Position numbers and translations under genes: made by a program. The notes beneath the pieces were generated by a model, which was given only the letters and a program-made list of their open reading frames with translations, made no database searches and had not been told where the DNA came from. Positions 58,586 to 64,000 of a stretch of DNA of 64,000 nt are shown here, piece after piece. Each line of letters opens with the position of its first letter. Position 1 is the stretch's first letter. Origin of the DNA: Bacteroidota bacterium (lineage in GTDB: Bacteria; Bacteroidota; Bacteroidia; Chitinophagales; LD1); NCBI GenBank assembly GCA_947479455.1, contig CANJZE010000006.1, positions 2,871 to 66,870 on the forward strand. The letters are read 5' to 3'.

Positions 58586-61356
58586 TTCATTCTAAACGCT
58601 ATGCTGAAATAATAGCTGGCACCAGGTGCGTAAGAATATTTAGAAGGAAATTTATCGACTACATTGTTTCTGTAATCGAATCGCTGTTGTTCGAATCCTC
58701 CGGTAACAAAGTTTTTATTGTTACTAATATTGGTAACAGTGGCATTAAACACTAAGAAATAACGCTTCTTCAAATTCTTGAAATTGTTGTTCAACAACCA
58801 AGAGTAACCCGCGTGAAAGTCCATGGTGAATTGTCCTTTCAAGCGCTGTTGGTCAATGGTATTATCCCAATTTGAGGTGCCGGGTTCCAGTAAGTCAATA
58901 CCCTGTGCCGTTCTGCGGGCAGGGTTAACGGCTAGCCACATCCAATCGTAATAATTAAAGTTTACTCCGGCAAACCAAAACTGGGGCGAGCGGTAATTGA
59001 TACCAACGGTAGTAGCCAATTGCGGAGCGCCGGCTATGTTGAAGTTCTTAAGATATACTTTTTCGTTTTGCGCAATGAGTGATGCAGTATTATCTTGTGT
59101 AATAGTCAAACTAGGGCGCGATGAATATGTGTAACGGCCAAATGATGCAGCTGCTGTAGCACTAAAACCTTTGTAAATTTTTGCTTCTAATCCCAACTCA
59201 AAACCCCAGTGGCGTTGGTTAATACCGGTCATGGTATAGTTAACAAAGCTTCGGTAGTCATCGTGATAGAAAGTGGTGTTCGTAGTTTTGTTTACGAACT
59301 GCGTAAAGTAACCGGTCAATTTCAATTTTACATTGGGCATTACGAGTTTATAACCGGCTTCGACCGAGTAAACGCTTTCGCTCTTTAAATTGTCAACTAC
59401 ATCGTTTCGGCCGCGAGGCGATACATAAGCGTTCTCAAAGTAAGGGGCGTAGGTTTCATAGGCTCCGTTTACATACAAATAGTTTCTGCCGTTTGCTTTG
59501 TAGGTAAGGCCTCCCTTAATTCCGTAGTTGATAAAATTTTGAACTTCGCTTTTACCAAAACTGCGGGTAGGAAATAAACCGTTGACCATTTTGCCTTCGC
59601 GCCAAAAGCCAGTGTAAGAAAGTTGAGCAGCAACAAAAAAGTCAACCTTGTTATAGGTAAAAACCGATTGTAACCAAGCCGTAGCGCGGTGCACGTTTAC
59701 CAAATAGTTATATCCAAACTTATCGCCAGTGTACAAAATGTGATTGGGATGCAGCAAATCGTTTTGTCCAATGTTGAAGCTATCGGGAAAATCGCGCACG
59801 GCAAATTGATTGACATCCAAATAAAAATCGGCACCCAATAAATCTTCTACACGCTTGTAGAAATTATTAATCACAAACTGATATGTTAAACCCGTGGAAA
59901 CGGCTATATGACTATTGATAGCATTGTTATAAGTAGTGGCAAAGTCAAGTTTTTTAATATCCTGAATTCTGTTCTCCAGAATGTAGCGGGCTCGCTTTCC
60001 AGTAATGGTGTTACCTGCAAAACCATCGGCACTGTCAATAGTTTCGTGGCTCATATCATTGGCTTCGTAAAACTTATTCCAGTTTACTTGGCGCATATAT
60101 TCGTTTTCACGAAAGGCGCGTTGCGATACGGCTTGCAAAGTTGAATCTTCTATATAGCTCGGTAAATATTTGTAATAATCGGGGCGAGGGTCGGGAGCGT
60201 TGTTCCAATCAATGGAAGTATACCCTCTTTGCCCAAAAGCAAAACCAACAGCGGTAATCATGCTTTCGTGATTGTTGAATTTGTAGTCGTGGGTTAAAAT
60301 AAAGTTGGGGATGTTGCTGGTACGTTTGTGCACATTTCGTTTTATGCCGTGGTCGTAGCCCCAGTTGGGGTTGTAATAATTTGAGCCGGCTAGGTTGAAC
60401 GATTCCATAGTGGCAGCGGAAGTTCCCGAGGAGGCTGTAGGTGAACCGAGGATAGTAAGATTGAGTGATTGGTTGCTGCCGAAATATTTTTGAACGGCAA
60501 GAAAATAAGAATAACCATCGTAGAAAGTGCCGGGCACGTAACCTTCTTTTGCCCATCTACGCGATGCCGAAACGGATACGGCCCAACCATGTGCCAATAT
60601 ACCGGTGGAATAAGTAGCCATAACCCGGTGACGGTAATTTCTGTTGGCCGTAGCATACGAAACCTGTAATTGTTTACGCTGCGTGGCCGCACGAGTGTCG
60701 AGAGACTGCACTCCTCCAACACCGCCAAAGGCAAAGGTTACGGGTGAAAGTCCAAAACTTAAATCGCGGTTGCGGAATACATCGTTTAATCCTGCCCATT
60801 CGTTTGTAGGCGTATTGCCTCGTTCTAAATCATTTACCGGAACACCATTGAGGTAGGTTTCAAACTCATCGCCTTCATAACCTCGAACTCTAAATCGAGC
60901 TTGGCTAAAGGTGTAAGAGGCAGCTGAAATAAAAGGGTCGCGCGAGGCACCGAGTACGCTCGACACATTTTGGGAGGCATCGTCCTTCGTATCATCTTCG
61001 GCTAGCGTAATGGTGGGTAAATTGTCGGTGGTGCTAGCGGTTGTTTCACCTGTTAAACCTTCGTATTTAAATTCCCCTAAAGTGGTTGCCTCGCTAGTAA
61101 CTGCTGTTTCTTTTTCAAAACTGTTATCGTTAGTACTGTATTTAGCTTGGTAAGTGCCGTATGGTACTTCGAGGGTAAACTTTCCATCCGCATCGGTATG
61201 GGTAGAAAAAACGTTTTGCTCGTGTGTAAAAAATACCTGTATACCTTCTAAAGCATTTCCGGCATCATCTACTAATTTACCGGTAACCACCGAATTTTGA
61301 GAAAAGACAAATACAGGCAAAGCAAGGGCAAGGAGAAGTATGATATTTCGAAACAT
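58582..61356 (-). CDS. TonB-dependent receptor with CarboxypepD_reg-like N-terminal domain
   Basis: Signal peptide, VVTGKLVDDAGNALEGIQVFF regulatory-like domain, plug region, long beta-barrel. 924 aa. Confidence 0.9.
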   Translation of the reverse strand: MFRNIILLLALALPVFVFSQNSVVTGKLVDDAGNALEGIQVFFTHEQNVFSTHTDADGKFTLEVPYGTYQAKYSTNDNSFEKETAVTSEATTLGEFKYEGLTGETTASTTDNLPTITLAEDDTKDDASQNVSSVLGASRDPFISAASYTFSQARFRVRGYEGDEFETYLNGVPVNDLERGNTPTNEWAGLNDVFRNRDLSFGLSPVTFAFGGVGGVQSLDTRAATQRKQLQVSYATANRNYRHRVMATYSTGILAHGWAVSVSASRRWAKEGYVPGTFYDGYSYFLAVQKYFGSNQSLNLTILGSPTASSGTSAATMESFNLAGSNYYNPNWGYDHGIKRNVHKRTSNIPNFILTHDYKFNNHESMITAVGFAFGQRGYTSIDWNNAPDPRPDYYKYLPSYIEDSTLQAVSQRAFRENEYMRQVNWNKFYEANDMSHETIDSADGFAGNTITGKRARYILENRIQDIKKLDFATTYNNAINSHIAVSTGLTYQFVINNFYKRVEDLLGADFYLDVNQFAVRDFPDSFNIGQNDLLHPNHILYTGDKFGYNYLVNVHRATAWLQSVFTYNKVDFFVAAQLSYTGFWREGKMVNGLFPTRSFGKSEVQNFINYGIKGGLTYKANGRNYLYVNGAYETYAPYFENAYVSPRGRNDVVDNLKSESVYSVEAGYKLVMPNVKLKLTGYFTQFVNKTTNTTFYHDDYRSFVNYTMTGINQRHWGFELGLEAKIYKGFSATAAASFGRYTYSSRPSLTITQDNTASLIAQNEKVYLKNFNIAGAPQLATTVGINYRSPQFWFAGVNFNYYDWMWLAVNPARRTAQGIDLLEPGTSNWDNTIDQQRLKGQFTMDFHAGYSWLLNNNFKNLKKRYFLVFNATVTNISNNKNFVTGGFEQQRFDYRNNVVDKFPSKYSYAPGASYYFSIAFRMN

Positions 61357-61386
61357 GAAAGCAGTTTGTGTGTCTTAATTTTAAGA

Positions 61387-61403
61387 GGCGGCAAATGTAG
61401 AAG
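61387..61403 (-). promoter_or_regulatory. left arm of inverted repeat, containing candidate -7 box TACATTTG for the TonB-dependent receptor
   Basis: GGCGGCAAATGTAGAAG. On the minus strand it reads CTTCTACATTTGCCGCC, 35 nt upstream of the TBDR ATG. Matches the Bacteroidota TAnnTTTG consensus. Confidence 0.4.
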
Positions 61404-61603
61404 AATTCGGTTCTGGTTAGTTACGGCAGTGTTAAGAATGAAATAAGGTGGATGGGAAATACCATACCCTCCCCACTCCGCTGCGCGGAGCAGAGGCTGT
61501 CTCAAAAACTGAATAAATAACACAGCCGCACAATTCTTTCCCAAGAAAAAGGCAGGGTTGATTTAGCGAAGCGGAATCGGGGCGCGAAAAAACATTCTCA
61601 AGT

Positions 61604-61620
61604 CTTCTATATTTGCCGCC
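61604..61620 (+). promoter_or_regulatory. right arm of inverted repeat, containing candidate -7 box TATATTTG for the SIS isomerase gene
   Basis: CTTCTATATTTGCCGCC; 16/17 complementary to the left arm. It ends 3 nt before ATG 61624. Confidence 0.4.
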
Positions 61621-61623
61621 CTT

Positions 61624-62613
61624 ATGTATGAACTAATAAAAACTTTTCCAGAACAATTAATTAAAGCCCTCGAAATAGGAGAGAAGGCTAGTTTTAAAAC
61701 GCAGTTCGATACGCCCATCAAGAACGTGGTGTTAGCAGGGTTAGGGGCTTCGGGTTTTGGGGGAAATATACTGGCCGAACTTTTTCGTGAGGAACTGAAA
61801 GTGCCTGTGCTGGTGAACAAAAGTTATTTCCTTCCGGCTTTTGTTGATTCTTCAACGCTACTAATTCTTTCTTCCTATAGTGGCAATACCGAAGAAACAA
61901 TTTCATGTGCAAAGCAGGCATTGCAAAAGGGTCTCCGTCCCATTTGCGTTACATCGGGTGGCAAACTCGAAGACTTTGCCAAACAAAACAAGCTAGACCT
62001 GATTACTATTCCTTCGGGTTTTCCTCCGCGCACTTGTTTGGGCTACTCTACCCTTCAACTTTTTTTTATTGCTAATCATTTCGGTTTAATTAATGATTCG
62101 TTCAAAGCATCGGTGCTTAGAGTTGTTGAATTGCTCCAAAACGAGCAACAAAAAATAATAGACGACACACAGTTTCTTTCAGCTAAACTCGCTAGAAAAG
62201 TTTTGGTACTTTATAGCGAAGATAAATACGAAAGCACTTTGCTACGACTTAAACAGCAGATCAACGAAAACTCAAAAATGCACTGTTGGTATAATGTAAT
62301 TCCGGAAATGAATCACAATGAGTTGGTAGGCTGGCGTGAAGAAAATGATGCCCTGGCTATTCTTATTTTTAGAGCCGATGATGAATATGAACGAAACACA
62401 CACCGCATTCTTTTTAAGAAAGATGTGATTGAAGGCATTTCGAAAAACGTTTTTGAAATTCATGGCAAGGGTGTTAACAGCTTCGAGAAACATTTCTACT
62501 TCATTCACTTTGGCGATTGGCTTTCTTATCAACTGGGCGTGCTGCAAGGTTACGACCCCACCGAAATTGATGTGCTCAATAAACTAAAAGGGCATATGGG
62601 CTCTATTAAATAG
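61624..62613 (+). CDS. bifunctional phosphoglucose/phosphomannose isomerase (SIS domain)
   Basis: SIS motif VVLAGLGASGFGG...SYSGNTEET and C-terminal PGI/PMI-family region (NHNELVGW). Confidence 0.85.
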   Translation: MYELIKTFPEQLIKALEIGEKASFKTQFDTPIKNVVLAGLGASGFGGNILAELFREELKVPVLVNKSYFLPAFVDSSTLLILSSYSGNTEETISCAKQALQKGLRPICVTSGGKLEDFAKQNKLDLITIPSGFPPRTCLGYSTLQLFFIANHFGLINDSFKASVLRVVELLQNEQQKIIDDTQFLSAKLARKVLVLYSEDKYESTLLRLKQQINENSKMHCWYNVIPEMNHNELVGWREENDALAILIFRADDEYERNTHRILFKKDVIEGISKNVFEIHGKGVNSFEKHFYFIHFGDWLSYQLGVLQGYDPTEIDVLNKLKGHMGSIK

Positions 62614-62616
62614 TTT

Positions 62617-62651
62617 AAAGTTAGAAGACCGAAGCCGGAAGTCCGAAGTAA
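62617..62651. repeat. heptamer array (AAAGTTA GAAGACC GAAGCCG GAAGTCC GAAGTAA)
   Basis: Read directly, in the SIS-rluD spacer. GAAGTCC is a cyclic permutation of the GTCCGAA word inside mazG. Confidence 0.85.
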
Positions 62652-62682
62652 AAGCATCGTTTAGTTCGATTATAATTTCCCT

Positions 62683-63747
62683 ATGAAAAAAGAAATAGAA
62701 GATGACGATGAATTGATAATTGCTGCTGATAGTGGCGATGAACTAGTAGAGGAAGTAAAATTTACAGTAGATAAAGGGCAAAGCGCCATTCGCATTGATA
62801 AATTTATTCAGGCACATTTGGGTAACAACGTCAGCCGAACTAAAATTCAAACGGCTGCCGGTGCAGGTAATATTTCGGTAAACGGCAAGCCGGTAAAATC
62901 CAATTATAAAGTTCGTCCGCTCGATGAAGTTTCGCTTTTGCTGCCTAAGCACGAACAGAATTACGACTTAGTTCCTGAAAATATTCCTATCGATATTGTA
63001 TATGAAGATGATGATGTTATCGTCATCAATAAGGCTCCCGAAATGGTGGTGCATCCCGGCTTGGGAAATTATAGAGGCACGTTAATCAATGCTGTGCTTT
63101 ATCATTTCAATAATCTACCAAAATCTAAAGAAGAATTTCGTCCCGGCCTGGTACATCGCCTAGATAAAGGCACCAGTGGTTTAATTGTGTTGGGCAAAAC
63201 AGATCATGCCTTATCGCATTTAGCCAAACAGTTTTTTCAGCGCACTACAAAAAGAAAATATCTGGCTTTGGTTTGGGGAAGCGTAGAAAATGATTCAGGC
63301 ACGGTGGAAGGAAACATTGGTCGTCACTCTCGCGAGCGGATGCAGTTTGAGGTTTTTCCAGAAGGTGATTTTGGTAAACATGCCATTACACATTACCGGG
63401 TACTGGAGCGCTTGAATTATGTAACACTGGTTGAATGCAAATTAGAAACCGGGCGTACACATCAAATTCGCGTGCACATGAAATACATAGGACACACCTT
63501 ATTTAACGATGCGCGTTATGGTGGCAATAGAATTTTAAAAGGAACTATTTATTCCAAATACAAACAGTTTATCGAAAACTGTTTTGAACTTTTACCACGG
63601 CAGGCACTGCATGCGGCCACGCTTGGTTTTGTACATCCGGTTACCGGAAAGGAAATGTTTTTTGAATCGCCTCTTCCTCCCGATTTTAAGGCGGTGATTG
63701 ATAAATGGAAAAAATATTGGATTAGCCCCAATGTGGTGGAAGAGTAG
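62683..63747 (+). CDS. rluD: RluA-family 23S rRNA pseudouridine synthase RluD
   Basis: S4 domain (RIDKFI...SRTKIQ), catalytic HRLDKGTSGLIV, GRTHQIRVH motif. Confidence 0.92.
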   Translation: MKKEIEDDDELIIAADSGDELVEEVKFTVDKGQSAIRIDKFIQAHLGNNVSRTKIQTAAGAGNISVNGKPVKSNYKVRPLDEVSLLLPKHEQNYDLVPENIPIDIVYEDDDVIVINKAPEMVVHPGLGNYRGTLINAVLYHFNNLPKSKEEFRPGLVHRLDKGTSGLIVLGKTDHALSHLAKQFFQRTTKRKYLALVWGSVENDSGTVEGNIGRHSRERMQFEVFPEGDFGKHAITHYRVLERLNYVTLVECKLETGRTHQIRVHMKYIGHTLFNDARYGGNRILKGTIYSKYKQFIENCFELLPRQALHAATLGFVHPVTGKEMFFESPLPPDFKAVIDKWKKYWISPNVVEE

Positions 63748-64000
63748 CCGTCTTTCTAATTGGTGTATCTGATGGGTAAATATCGATTAGTAATTCTTTG
63801 AATTTACGAGCGGTTATCAGACACTTATGTTTGAGGTTGGCATCTAAACAGTTAAAACACAAATCCTATTTGCAATGCAAAAGGAAACTGTAGTTCATAG
63901 CAACAATACCCGCTTGCCATCTCTATTAATCTGATTTTTGTTAATCTATTCATCACGCTATCGTAACTAAAAATACTTTCATTTGCGCCTCGATAAAATT

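Noticed and set aside
61357-61623. Possible riboswitch (cobalamin or TPP) in the leader of the TonB-dependent receptor
   Set aside because: I could not find a B12 box (AGYCMGGAGACCKGCC-like) or the TPP CUGAGA/ACCUGAUCUGGAUAAUGCCAGCG core. Only short GC hairpins are present. A covariance-model scan would be needed to exclude other classes.
61272-61820. ORFs 61272..61544 (90 aa) and 61563..61820 (85 aa) on the minus strand across the TBDR/SIS intergenic region
   Set aside because: They overlap the TBDR 5' end or the SIS gene in antisense. They have odd composition and no motifs. The region is better explained as divergent promoter and leader DNA.

Overview
This is a 64 kb chromosomal segment that looks Bacteroidota-type. 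Evidence: a type IX secretion PorP/SprF gene and C-terminal T9SS sorting domains, a CarboxypepD_reg-type TonB-dependent receptor with a DUF5689 partner, a DUF3276/PUR-like protein, long NusB, TAnnTTTG-like -7 boxes, and no obvious Shine-Dalgarno use. I call 59 protein genes. Most are housekeeping: ltaE, mazG, pntAA/AB/B, clpB, an ABC-F ATPase, lgt, rlmI, nusB, mnmE, rsmE, hisS, hutH and rluD. Accessory content includes a UPF0175/DUF3368 toxin-antitoxin pair, a collagen-like repeat surface protein, a PD-(D/E)xK nuclease-like orphan, a small Wzx/Wzy-type polysaccharide locus, and a GT2-DUF2304-ORF-GMC oxidoreductase cluster. I saw no rRNA, tRNA, CRISPR array, transposase or integrase by eye. The most unusual signal is not a gene. 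It is a recurrent family of short degenerate tandem arrays, mostly 7-nt period and about 5 units (about 35 nt). They sit at gene ends, often as inverted arms forming long hairpins. They also sit in frame inside conserved housekeeping genes (mazG, rlmI, mnmE twice, hisS, and the 3' end of the LMW-PTP gene). The same heptamer words are reused in coding and non-coding contexts. Other points worth a second look: a second repeat family (GTCATCCTGAGCTTGTCGAAGG-type hairpins); a 17-22 nt inverted repeat carrying both divergent -7 boxes of the TBDR/SIS intergenic region; and twin overlapping mini-ORFs upstream of an SRPBCC/GyrI-like gene. All calls rest on reading the sequence and recognising motifs. 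No database search was run.
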